64,000 bases of DNA from Octopus sinensis (taxonomy: Eukaryota): assembly GCF_006345805.1 (NCBI RefSeq), contig NC_043011.1:48248464-48312463 (forward strand). Direction: 5' to 3'. The translations under genes and the position numbers were made by a program. Of this stretch, positions 1 to 11,928 are shown piece by piece (position 1 is the first letter of the stretch; each line of letters starts with the position of its first letter). Under the pieces are notes generated by a model, which saw nothing but the letters and a program-made list of their open reading frames with translations, made no database searches and was not told the origin of the DNA.

Positions 1-120
1 TATATATATATACATATATATGTGTGTGTGTGTATATATATGTACGTATACATATATATATCTATATATATATATATATATAGTCTATATACCACACACA
101 TATATATACATATATATAAT
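1..120. repeat. (TA)n/(TG)n/(CA)n compound microsatellite
   Basis: Dinucleotide runs seen directly. Confidence 0.9.
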
Positions 121-301
121 CTAAGACAAAAAGTATTGTGTAAAAAGTGTGTGCACTGGGCGTGGTTAGGTCAACTCCAGACTGAAGTTTGGGATAAAAA
201 TTAACCAGTTAAACTACTATGAAAAAAAAACAATAAAAATAATAATTACAACAATAACAACAACAATTATAAAAAAGTGGTAGTAATAGTAGTAAAAGTA
301 G

Positions 302-303
302 TA

Positions 304-365
<62 letters not shown>
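302..365. repeat. (AAT)n microsatellite
   Basis: About 20 perfect AAT units. Confidence 0.95.
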
Positions 366-366
<1 letters not shown>

Positions 367-825
367 GTAAAGTTGCAAGTTACATAAATTATTAAATTAA
401 TAAAGCTGTGCATTATATAATTAAGAATATCAAAACCGAAAAATGTGAAAAATAAAAAAAAAGAAGAAAAAAAGAAAAAAGAAAGGTAAGATATAGACAT
501 CATCATCATCATCAACAACAACAACATTTAATGAACCAACATTTTCATATTAACATGATAACCATTGTAATTATTATTATAATCATCATCATCATCATCA
601 ACATCATCATCATAATCTGTACATATTGTTACAGTAGCAGTCATCACCACCATCAATGATTACAAGAAATATAAAGAGAAGAACCCCAGTCTCTTACTGC
701 CAGCACTTCAACCAATGAGAGAATCTTCTATGTGACCACTCAACCTTCTAGAAATAGCAGTTAAAGAAAATTTGAATCCCATCTTAGTGTTTTGGGAAAG
801 GGAAAGGAAAATTAAATAACAAAGA

Positions 826-1238
826 CCTAGGCACAGGAGTGGCTGTGTGGTAAGTAGCTTGCTAACCAACCACATGGTTCCGGGTTCAGTCCCACTGCGT
901 GGCATCTTGGGCAAGTGTCTTCTGCTATAGCCCCGGGCCGACCAATGCCTTGTGAGTGGATTTGGTAGACGGAAACTGAAAGAAGCCTATTGTATATATG
1001 TATATATATATATATATGTGTATGTGTGTGTGTGTGTTTGTCCCCCTAGCATTGCTTGACAACCGATGCTGGTGTGTTTACGTCCTCGTCACTTAGCGGT
1101 TCGGCAAAAGAGACCGATAGAATAAGTACTGGGCTTACAAAGAATAAGTCCCGGGGTCGATTTGCTCGACTAAAGGCGGTGCTCCAGCATGGCCGCAGTC
1201 AAATGACTGAAACAAGTAAAAGAGTAAAAGAGTAAAGA
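826..1238 (+). mobile_element. SINE family A, full length (tRNA-like head, internal TA/TG microsatellite, AGTAAAAG tail)
   Basis: Head GGAGTGGCTGTGTGGTAAG...GGTTCAGTCCC with A/B-box-like motifs; the same sequence recurs more than 20 times in the window. Confidence 0.9.
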
Positions 1239-1480
1239 GAGACATTATATCGAATTAAAAGGTGAGTTGGTTGAGGGTGGAATATAAATTTTTAGAATTT
1301 TTAGAACTGTGATTGTACTGGAGATTACCCAGTGTTCAAAGACCACACAATCAACTAATTATTCTTTTGTTGTAATTGCCTAGCCTCCAGCCCATCATCG
1401 TTTTTGATCAATTGAACATATGATCAATCACCATCATCATTGTTCGACCGTGGTCCACCATGTCTTTTTTTTTTTTTTTG

Positions 1481-1649
1481 GCACAGCAGGAGTGGTTGTG
1501 TGGTAACTAGCTTGCTTATGAACCACATTGTTCCAAGTTCAGTCCCACTGCATGTCACTTTGGGCAAATGTCTTCTGCTATAGCCTCAAGCCGATCAAAG
1601 CCTTGTGAGTGGATTTGGTAGACAGAAACTGAAAGAAGCCCGTCATATG

Positions 1650-1714
<65 letters not shown>

Positions 1715-1899
1715 TCAATCATCATCGTTTAACGTCCGTTCTCCATGCTATTATGGGTGGACGGTTCGACCAGGGATCTGGGAAGCCAGCAGGCTGCACC
1801 AGGCTCCTGTCTGATCTGGCAGTGTTTCTACAGCTGGATGTCCTTCCTAATGCCAACCACTTTGAGAGTGTAGTGGGTGCTTTTTACATGCCACCGGTG

Positions 1900-1934
<35 letters not shown>

Positions 1935-2140
1935 ATATGTTTGTGTGTCTGTGTTTGTCTCCACCCGACATCACTTGACAACCGATGCTGGTTTGTTTAC
2001 GTCCCCGTAATTTAGCGGTTCAGCAAAATAAATACTAGTCTAGGCTTACAAGGAATAAGTCCTGGGGTCGATTTGCTAGACTAAAGGCGGTGCTCCAGCA
2101 TGGCCACAGTCAAATGACTGAAGCAAATAAAAGAGTAAAG
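1481..2140 (+). mobile_element. SINE A interrupted by an RTE-type 3' tail
   Basis: Head 1481-1645 and 3' half 1925-2140 match the copy at 826. Confidence 0.85.
1711..1880 (-). mobile_element. RTE-type LINE 3' terminal fragment with (GAT)n tail
   Basis: Reverse complement matches the recurrent end ...AACCCATGCTAGCATGGA.AACGGACGTTAAACGATGATGA seen at 55308 and 61800. Confidence 0.75.
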
Positions 2141-2652
2141 AATAAAAGAGGAAAGGGAGCAGTAACATGTGTTATTTGACAGGAATTTTGGTTGTTATTT
2201 CTAAGGTTGAGTGATCTCATAGGTATTGCCTCACTGGCTCATAACACTTTCATAGATTTTCATGTAATACTACGTCAAATATGCAATGTTCATTGTTTTA
2301 TTGACTCCAGGAGATGTACAGAACAATTGTCGATTACGATCCAAGTTCAAACTGAACAGAAGGAGACACAAGAACATAACATGGCTGCAGCATTTGGCCA
2401 AACGTTCTACAATTCCTGCCATCGTTGCCATTCTGAAAACAAAGCTAAAAACTGAAATAATAGCCATTGACTTAAATTTAAATCAATTTAATAGGTGGAA
2501 ACTGACATTAAATTGATGTAATAGGCAGTGACTTAGCATTAAATCAATTTAATAGGCAGCTGCTTTTCAAAATCATTAAAGAGTCCAGCAAAATATCTGC
2601 AGTGTTTAGACACAGTGCTTTATGTTCTAAGTTCAAATCTGAGTTCAAATCT

Positions 2653-3431
2653 TATTTCTTTATTGCCCACAGGGGGCTAAACATAGAGGGGACAAACAAG
2701 GAGAGACAAAGGAATTAAGTTGATTACATTGATCCCCAGTGCATAACTGGTACTTAATTTATTGACCCTGAAAGGATGAGAGGCAAAGTTGACCTCGGTG
2801 GAATTTGAACTCAGAACGTAACGGCAGAAAAAATACCTATTTCTTTACTTTCCACAAGGGGCTAAACACAGAGAGGACAAACAAGGACAGATAAACGGAT
2901 TGAGTCGATTATATCGACCCCAGTGCGTAACTGGTACTTATTTAATTTTCCCTGGAAGGATGAAAAGCAAAGTTGACCTGGTAGAATTTGAACTCAGAAC
3001 GTAATGGCAGACAAAATACCTATTTCTTTACTACCCACAAGGGGCTAAACACAGAGGGGACAAACAAGGACAGACAAAGAGATTAAGATGATTACATTGA
3101 CCCAAGTGCGTAACTGGTACTTAATTTATTGACCCTGAAAGGATGAAAAGCAAAGTTGACTTCGATGGAATTTGAACTCAGAACGTAAAGACAGACGAAA
3201 TACCTATTTCTTTACTACACACAAGGGGCTAAACACAGAGGGGACAAACAAGGACAGACAAACGGATTGAGTCGATTATATCGACCCCCAGTGCATAAAT
3301 GGTACTTATTTAATCGACCCCAAAAGGATGAAAGGCAAAGTCGACCTCGGCGGAATTTGAACTCAGAACGTAGCCACAGACGAAATAGCGCTAAGTATTT
3401 CGCCAGGTGTGCTAATGATTCTGCCAGCTCA
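2653..3431 (-). mobile_element. SINE B tandem tetramer (about 184-bp units) inserted into an older SINE B
   Basis: Four units with junctions near 2838, 3021 and 3205; one tRNA-like head at 3386-3431; TSD TTCAAATCT at 2644-2652 and 3432-3440. Confidence 0.85.
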
Positions 3432-4146
3432 TTCAAATCTTACTGGTGTCAAACTTGCTTTTCATCTTACCAGGCTTGATAAAATAAAGTACCAGTCAAA
3501 TGCAAGATTACTTAATAACCCAGGTGATTAAAACTTTCATTTATTCTCTTAGATAATGATAAAATTTCCATTTTTATTCTAGAAAGACAAAATGGCTGAT
3601 TACTTGAAGATTATTTGCAACTTGCTGGCCCTGTGCTGTCAAAAATGATGGCTAATTGTAGTATTTTGTGTATAAAAAGGTACAAAATAAGGTACATAAT
3701 AATCACACATGCAAACATTCACATACTTCCCTTTTACACACACATACACACATATACTCAAACAGAGTTGAAACGCTGTTTGAGTTTTCTTTTCAGTGGT
3801 GAACATTCACCATCCCACTTCCATTGCACACACAGACACACAGACACCACACTCACACACACACATTCACATGACTCCTTTTTATATACACACACATATA
3901 TACTCATGCAGAGTTGAAACACTCTTTTATTTATATTTTTTTCACTGGAGAACTTCCATCATCCTACTACCAATTTTGCCCTCACCCCTTCCTTCCTTAT
4001 TCATCTATCACACCTTTCTTTCTCATTCACATGTTGTGACTGAGAAAAACACAAAAGTATTATTATAGTAGATTTTCTATATCTGTTGAGATGCCAATAT
4101 TTGCTTTTTACTTGTTACTGTATTCCTAAAAACACTATGAGTCTTT

Positions 4147-4288
4147 GAAGGCGGCAAGCTGATAGAATCGTTAGCACGCCAGGTGAAATGCTTAGCGGTA
4201 TTTCATCTGTCTCTACGTTCTGAGTTCAAATTCCACTGAGGTCAACTTTGCCTTTCATCCTTTCAGGGGTCAATAAATTAAGGATAAT
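4147..4288 (+). mobile_element. SINE B, 3'-truncated, with 16-bp TSD
   Basis: Head GGCGGCAAGCTGATAGAATCGTTAG; TSD AACACTATGAGTCTTT at 4131-4146 and 4289-4304. Confidence 0.85.
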
Positions 4289-4311
4289 AACACTATGAGT
4301 CTTTTAGTATT

Positions 4312-4718
4312 TTCTTTTTTTATTCTTTATTTGTTTCAGTCATTTTGACTGCGGCCATGCTGGAGCACCGCCTTTAGTTGAGCAAATCGAACTGAGGACT
4401 TATTCCTTGTAAGCCTAGTACTTATTCTATCAGTCTCTCTTGCCAAACTGTTAAGTGACGGGGATGAAAACACACCAGCTTCAGTTGTCAAGCGATGTTA
4501 GGGGACAAACACAGACAGACAATCATATACATACACACATATATATATATACATATGATGGGCTTCTTTCAGTTTCCATCTACCAAATCCACTCACAAAG
4601 CTTTGGTCGGCCCGAGGCTATAGTAGAAGACACTTGCCCAAGCTAACATGCAGTGGGAGTGATCCCAGAACCATGTGGTTCGTAAGCAAGCTACTTACCA
4701 CACAGCTACTCCTACACC
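4312..4718 (-). mobile_element. SINE A, full length
   Basis: Reverse complement of the family A sequence. Confidence 0.9.
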
Positions 4719-5364
4719 TATTAACAAGTTACTAATAATGTTTAAAAGCAGATAAAAATCAAAAATAACCAAATGCAAAAAAAAAAAAAATTAAGGTGAT
4801 TTAGGTTTCCTGAAACATTAATCTAAATTTTCTTGAATTGGTTTTCTCAAGATATGTGATTGGTATTTCATCATCATCATCATCATCATCATTATTATTA
4901 TTATTATTATTATTATTTTCATTATCCCCCTTTCTGATTAGGCCCTGCTGCACCTCCCCCACCACACACATACATGCATGCATGTATGTATAAATCAGAC
5001 ACCTGAGAATTGGAACAACGGAAATTCTGTGCAGCAACACCCCCAAACTCAAAATGTCTACGTATGGTTTTTGTGTGTGTGTATGTGTGCATTTTCTTTG
5101 TTTGGTAACTAGGTCATAGAAATAATTGTTTCGATTTGAAGGAGATCTATTCTCAAGTAACTGTATGTTAGCTGTTGAATTAAGAAACTAATTTGCTCTA
5201 CTTTTTAAAGTAGAGTACTTTACTGTGTAGCTTATGCATTGTTCATACAAACACAAATACAGGAGTATATATGTGCATGTGTGTGTGTGTGTATATATAT
5301 ATGTGTGTGTGTGTGTATATATATATATGTGTGTGTGTATATATATATATATACATACACACAC

Positions 5365-5478
5365 ATTGCCAGATCAGACTGGGCCTGGTGCAGCCTTCTG
5401 GCTTCCCAGACCTCAGTTGAACCGTCTAACCCATGCTAGCATGGAAAGCGGACGCTAAATGATGATGATGATGATGAT
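5365..5478 (+). mobile_element. RTE-type LINE 3' tail fragment
   Basis: CCAACCCATGCTAGCATGGAAAGCGGACG-like end followed by (GAT)n. Confidence 0.7.
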
Positions 5479-5486
5479 ATATATGT

Positions 5487-5636
5487 GTGGAGGCACATGG
5501 CCTAGTGGTTAGAGCAGTGGACTCGCGGTCGAGGGATCACGGGTTCGAATCTCAGACCGGGTGATGTGTGCTTTTATGAGCGAAACACCTAAGTTCTACG
5601 CGGCTCTGGCAGAAGGTAATGGCAAACTTCTGATCA
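5487..5636 (+). mobile_element. SINE C (tRNA-derived), 5' part
   Basis: A box TGGCCTAGTGG and B box GGTTCGAATC; matches copies at 16007, 37430 and 50376. Confidence 0.85.
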
Positions 5637-5916
5637 GAAGTGTACATATTGTCAGTCACAAGGGGACATGCTCAAGTAGTGAAGATCAAGCAACTGACAA
5701 TCTGTGGTATTGAATAGAATATTTACTATAATGAAATTTCGGCTTCAGCAACTCAGCACTGAATCTGTCTGAAATGTAATTTTTAAAGGAATTCATGTCC
5801 AGGTGAGAAAAGCAAAGTTTGAAGGGAATAGTAGTCATTTCCTTTGATTTTGTGATTTCTAAACAGAAGCAAATAGGATATAACACTTACTATTCAGAGA
5901 AAGAAAAAAAAATTGT

Positions 5917-6327
5917 AGGCGCAGGAGTGGCTGTGTGGTAAGTAGCTTGCTTACCAGCCACATGGTTCCAGGTTCAGTCCCACCGCATGGCACTTTGGGC
6001 AAGTGACTTCTACTATAGCCTCGGGCCGACCAAAGCCTTGTGATGGATCTGGTAGACTGAAACTGAAAGAAGCCCATCATATATATGCATATGTATATAT
6101 ATATGTGTGTGTGTTTGTATTTCTGTGTTTGTCCCCCCAACATTGCTTGATAACCGATGCTGGTGTGCTTATGTCCCTGTAACCTAGTGGTTCAGCAAAA
6201 GAGACCGATAGAATAAGTACTAGGCTTACAAAGAATAAGTCCTGGAGCCGATGTGCTTGACTAAAGGCGGTGCTCCAGCATGGCCACAGTCAAATGACTG
6301 AAACGAGTAAAAGAGTAAAGAGTAAAG
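5917..6327 (+). mobile_element. SINE A, full length
   Basis: Family A head, internal microsatellite and tail. Confidence 0.9.
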
Positions 6328-7014
6328 TGTGAGTATAATAAGTGTCATAAACATCGTGGTGAAAAAAGTTTTCTTATCCTATATAATATAATAGAACTTA
6401 TCCCAAATCATCTAACCATGAAAAAAAAAATATATAAAAACATTAAAAACATAGAAATTGTATTCTACACCAAAAGAGTACTTATTTAAGAAGAACTTTT
6501 AAAGAATATTCTGTGTACTTTTATTCTGATATTGATTTGAATAAATTTTGACTGGAAGTTTCCCAAGAGACTGTTTCGTGTATTGGCAAGTTTTATATTT
6601 TCACTCATTTGTAATAACTCTGACAGAAATCACCATAAAAATAAAATAAATGGTTCAACTAAAATATTTGTCTCTAAAATATTTTTGGTTGCTCATAAAC
6701 GCTAGTGTAATTTCTCCTGAAAATTCCAATGTTTGGTACTAAGAATTATTTGATTTTGGTATCACCATTAAATACAATGTAACGGATTTCAGAATTGTCC
6801 TGACATTTTCACACTTTTCACCTGAGGTTGTAAGCTGGGTGTGGTACGAGTAGAAAAAGTGGATGATATTTCATATATTCTTAACATACAATTATATTTA
6901 TCATCAAATTGTCCCTGACAAAGTCTACCTACATTCAAATGACTAAAGCAAGGAAAAGAATAAAAGAATAGAAGGCAATGTAATGAAAGAGCAAGCTTTT
7001 AATATGTGTAATAC

Positions 7015-7190
7015 TGTATATATATACAACAGGCTTCTTTCAGTTTCCATCTACCAAATCCACTCACAAGGGTTTGGTCGGCCCGGGCTGTAGAAGAAGA
7101 CAATTGTCCAAGGTGAGAAGCAGTGAGACTGAACCCCGAACCATGTGGTTGGTAAGTAAGCTACTTACCACACAGCCACTCCTGCACCTA
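7015..7190 (-). mobile_element. SINE A, head half
   Basis: Reverse complement of the family A 5' half. Confidence 0.85.
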
Positions 7191-8404
7191 AAGTTGTAGA
7201 AAAAAATCCCTTGATTTTATGACTGAGTGACTAACAGTTGAGTTATTGTGTCTCGCTTGTCATAGTTTCTTAGTACTGAGGAATATTTCACATGCAACTG
7301 GTTTTGGGGTTTCACTTACTCTGGACATGGCATTTAAGCTGAATTATTGTAGTTTAGGCTGTATAGTGTGAGGTTAGCCTTAACTGAGCTGGACTGTGAT
7401 CATAAGTAATCCAACCATGACCATTCTGCCTCTTTCCTTCATGCAAGGAATTTAAGATCACCTTATCCGACATATAATTTTTTTCAAGCAAATTATAAGA
7501 ATTGCGAGAGATTTTGCTGTTATTTCTTTCTAGTAGGTTGAGCAACCAGAGCAACCATGTAAAGATTCCCTTGCTGGGTCAAAGACAAAGATTGTTTACA
7601 ATCATGCCAAAATGAACTAAATTATTACGGAGCCATTCATGATGTACTTGGTTGCTCCCCAATAGATTCTTAGTTCCAATATTACAATGAGAATTCTATA
7701 ACAGTAATGGCCTTCGAGAGCTGTAGTTATTCAGTGAAGGAACCCTTTTTGTATGTACACTATTCTTGTTTGTTCTATGAGATAAAATAGACACAAAGGA
7801 CTTTTACATTGTGTTAAGGATAGATTGTTGCAACAAAGTTATATAAGCAGTCAGTTCGCTAGCTTGCTACAGAAGAATTAAAGACAAACAGACAGACGGA
7901 CAAGCAGATAAGCAGATAGAAAGATAGATGAATAAATGGAGAGACAGAGAGAGACAGAAAGACAGAGAGACAGAGAGACAGAAAGACAGAGACACAGAAA
8001 GACAGAGAGACAGAAAGACAGAGAGACAGATATACTGGATGACTCAAATAAATGGTGAGAAAGATTAAACTTTTAATGTGAAAAGTATGGATGGATGCGG
8101 ATGCGTCAATACGTGGGAAGAGATACAAACTGACATGTATGTATGTTTGTATGTGTGTGTGTGTGCACATGCACATGAGTTTGTGCATGTGCACACATGC
8201 GCATGTGTGTCTGTGTGCATGTGTTAGTGTGTAAGTTTGGTAGACTTAACAGGAGAACTAGAAATCAATACATCGTATTTTAGTTATTTGTAAGAAACAG
8301 AATATCAAAAAAGGGACCAGCAGGATAAAAATTTTGAGTTTGAGTCTCATGGGGGAAACATCTGACCCCTAAGATCTTTCTGTTAATTTACAATAAAAAT
8401 GTAT

Positions 8405-8815
8405 ACTCTTCACTCCATTACTCTTTTACCTATTTCAATCATTTGACTGTGGCCATGCTGGAGCACCACCTTTAGTCGAGCAAATCGACCCCAGGACTTA
8501 TTCTTTTGTAAGCCTAGTACTTATTCTATTGGTCTCTTTTGCCGAACTGCTAAGTTACGGGGACGTAAATACACCAGCATCGGCTGTCAAGCGATGTTGG
8601 GGGGGGGGGAACAAACACAGATACACAAATACACACAAACATATATACATATATACAACGGGCTTCTTTCAGTTTCCGTCTACCAAATCCACTCACAAGG
8701 CTTTGGTCGGCCCGAGGGCTATAGTAGAAGACACTTGCCCAAGGTGCCACACAGTGGGACTGAACCCGAAACCATGTAGTTGGTAAGCAAGCTACTTACC
8801 ACACAGCCACTCCTA
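8405..8815 (-). mobile_element. SINE A, full length
   Basis: Reverse complement of family A. Confidence 0.9.
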
Positions 8816-9066
8816 TAAATATATTTATATATTGTTCTTTCTTTATCATTTAATGTCCAGTATATGATGCTTACGAATGTATATGAGTAAAAAGGTTCAG
8901 CAATTACCATGCAATTGAGGAGTTTGTTTTGGTTTAGGATTCTTTCCAACTGCATGGCACTCTGGGCAGATGTCTTCTACTTGAACTGAGAAATGTCTTG
9001 TGAGTGAGAATAATAGAGGGAACATGTGAAAAGCCTATCATATTTATATATATATATATATAATAT

Positions 9067-9096
<30 letters not shown>

Positions 9097-9097
<1 letters not shown>

Positions 9098-9300
9098 TGA
9101 TTCGTTAGCTACTGCACGCATTTTTTTTCTCTCCTTCTTTCTGTGTTTTTCTCTCTCTGTGTATCTTTCTGTTGAAGAGCGTAGGCTCGAAACGTTAAAG
9201 ACTTGTTTTATTTATATTTCCTGAGCGCCATACTAATACAATTGTTCGTTTGTTTTCCACCTGCCTTCGTCTTTTGTTTATTTTCATAAAGCTTCCCGTT
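9097..9300 (+). mobile_element. Short non-autonomous element with a hammerhead-like motif, inserted in (TA)n
   Basis: Flanked by TA runs on both sides; the 3' half is repeated at 48923-49025 with the same 3' end (AAAGCTTCCCGTTATATA). Confidence 0.65.
9164..9201 (+). ncRNA. Type I hammerhead ribozyme-like motif (A6 position altered)
   Basis: TCTTT-CTGTTGA-A-GAGC(GTAG)GCTC-GAAA-CGTT-AAAGA: stem I 5 bp, stem II 4 bp, minimal palindromic stem III. Confidence 0.55.
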
Positions 9301-9313
9301 ATATATATATGTA

Positions 9314-9353
<40 letters not shown>

Positions 9354-9359
<6 letters not shown>

Positions 9360-9575
9360 TATATTCAGACAAATACATAACAAAAACACCAGGACTTACA
9401 AACACATATAACATACAGAAAATTGCACTACTGGGCACTGCACACATCCTACGCAGAACACTTTCCATACAATAACCATCAGAGCATCACAACAAATCAC
9501 AGCACATACCCAAGGCACACAGAGCTGCGCTCGGTAGTGAAGTGAAAGCACGCTATAAAAATAAAAATAAAACTA

Positions 9576-9608
<33 letters not shown>
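9354..9608 (+). mobile_element. 5'-truncated non-LTR retrotransposon 3' end, RLE type (R4/Dong-like), between (TAA)n tracts
   Basis: Encodes SDKYITKTPGLTNTYNIQKIALLGTAHILRRTLSIQ*, resembling the C-terminus of restriction-like endonuclease LINEs; 3' UTR then (AAT)n. Confidence 0.7.
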
Positions 9609-9609
<1 letters not shown>

Positions 9610-10025
9610 TGAGGGAATATTATTCCAAACTTACAGGGAAAAATTCAATTTAGAAATACTAAATCAAATTTCACAAATATATCTATATATATGTGTGTTT
9701 GTGTGTATGTGTGTGTGTAAATATGTGTTCATGTGTGTTCATGTGTGTAGCATGTGAGTTTCCTTGTTTTGACATTCTCTGTGCATTGGATGAAAGTCAG
9801 GTCACTGTGTAAGCAAATTTTAACACTGTTTACTATCTGCAGCAAAAATATGCCAGGTCATTGAGCTGTTCATTGTTTGAAAAACTCAGGTAAATAGTAT
9901 CTTGCTCAGAAAGTGGAAAAGCAAAAGGGAGAAGATTTGGCCATAGTATGACCCTCAGTAAATTTACTCTGGTTTGTTAAAATTAAGATGATGGTGATGA
10001 TGATGGTGATATATATATATAAATA

Positions 10026-10268
10026 TAAAATACAGCGTACGTTTAAAAACATTAAGAGGTATCAATCATAGGACACCCTTACGCTAGACGGAACATCTAA
10101 GGTCCAAACCACTAATTAGGGATAAATTCTCAAAAGGAATGTTTTTATTTTTTATTCCCTTCGAGAATTTATCCCTAATTAGTGGTATGGACTTTAGCTG
10201 TCCCTTCCAGCGTAAGGGTGTCCGATGATGGATACCTCTTAATGTTTTTAAACGTACGCTGTATTTTA
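10026..10268. repeat. Long fold-back inverted repeat (about 115-bp arms, 14-nt loop)
   Basis: 10026-10140 is the near-perfect reverse complement of 10155-10268. Confidence 0.9.
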
Positions 10269-10358
10269 TATGAATAATATATAGTCTATTGACTAATTTT
10301 TCTATATGCTAGGCCACAGGTAGCAAAAATTTCTAAAATCTTTATTACCCTGATATTA

Positions 10359-10391
<33 letters not shown>

Positions 10392-10399
10392 CCATAATT

Positions 10400-10620
10400 A
10401 TCATCATCAGTTAACGTGTGTTTTCCATGCTGGCATGGGTTGGATGGTTTGACATGAGGTGGCCAGGCTTCATGTCTGTTTTGGCATGGTTTCTACAGCT
10501 GGATGCCCTTCCTAATACCAATCACTTTACCAAGTCTACTGGGTGCTATTATGCGGCACTGGCATGGGTGCATTTATGTGGCAACATTAAGGTGCTTTCT
10601 ACATGGCACCAGCACGTACG
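10400..10620 (-). mobile_element. Degenerate RTE-type 3' tail
   Basis: CATCATCAGTTAACG..TTTCCATGCTGGCATGGGTTGG..GGATGCCCTTCCTAA motif. Confidence 0.6.
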
Positions 10621-10979
10621 AGCCTGTAAGATTGGGAATACTCAGCTAGAGAGGGATGTAAGGGAAAAACCTGTCTGCAAGAACAACCATGCATTTACTT
10701 AGCTTGGTGTGTTTTCTGAAACACGGTAAATACAAACTCACACATACATATATATTTACATATATGTATGTATGTGTGTGTGTGTGTGTCTGCATATGCC
10801 TGTGTGAGTATTATATAGACACACTCTCACATGAATACAAAGATATTCACAGACACACACATATATTAGGAGTCAGTGGATAAAGCTAACTAGATGTCTG
10901 AATGAGAAGGAAAACAGTAAGATTAGAGTAATACACAGGCAAACAGACATAGTATGAAAGGAAATTATGCTTGAGTAAT

Positions 10980-11121
10980 TTATACGTATGTATATATATA
11001 TATATGCATACGTATGTATATATATATATATATATATATATGCATATGTATATATATATATATATATATGTGTATATATATATATGTATCCACATATATA
11101 TATATACACATATATATATAC

Positions 11122-11177
<56 letters not shown>

Positions 11178-11240
11178 TATATATATAATATATATATATA
11201 CATATATGTATACACATATATATATATATATATATGTATA
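10980..11240. repeat. (TA)n-rich compound microsatellite
   Basis: Seen directly. Confidence 0.95.
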
Positions 11241-11879
11241 TGCAAACACACTTACACAGAGGTAAAGAAAGAGAAAGAAAAAAAATTGCAAAATAGAACC
11301 TAAATTAACGTTTATAAAGAAACATCTCTGGCAAAATATTTGTGGATTTACACTTGCGTGAATATCCGGAATAGATGGAATTAGGGAAGGACATTCTCAG
11401 GCAAGATCTTGTTTCAGCGTAACCATTAAAGTTGCTTGCTTATTGGGAATGTCTAAAAGCGCGGCTGTTGACATACATACAACCATGTGCGCATGTGTTG
11501 TTTTGTGTGAATCAGTTTATGAGTTTGTAGGAGTAGATGTAAAGGTAGTTAACTGTACAAGCATACATTTGCGAACATGAACATTTGTATAAGTGCCCAA
11601 CAAATGTATACATATATTTATGCATCTGTTTGAAACACATGCATATATTCCTATTCACACACGTGTGTATGTGAGAAAGTATGTACTTATGTATACATAT
11701 ATATATATATTTATATATATATGTATATGTATACACTTATATATGTGTGTACATGTGTACATATGTGTACATATGTTGGATACCTTTGATAAAAAATACC
11801 TCAATAATGTTAATCATAATGTACTCTGTGAAGTACATACATGTCTTGATACTAAGTGTGTGCGTGTGTGTATGTGTGT

Positions 11880-11928
<49 letters not shown>

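Noticed and set aside
2192-2516. Overlapping short ORFs on both strands, including a minus-strand acceptor at about 2432
   Set aside because: No recognisable peptide, no convincing donor, and no phase-compatible partner exon.
2653-3431. CRISPR-like or satellite array
   Set aside because: Units are ~184-bp SINE bodies with no short repeat and unique spacer pattern, and the context is eukaryotic with no cas genes.
10873-11291. Many ORFs of 60-235 aa rich in Y/I/C/V/H/T (also 14078-14694, 29721-30347, 56105-56643, 57103-57660, 60732-61625)
   Set aside because: They are translations of (TA)n, (TG)n, (GATA)n and (TATG)n microsatellites, which lack stop codons in some frames.
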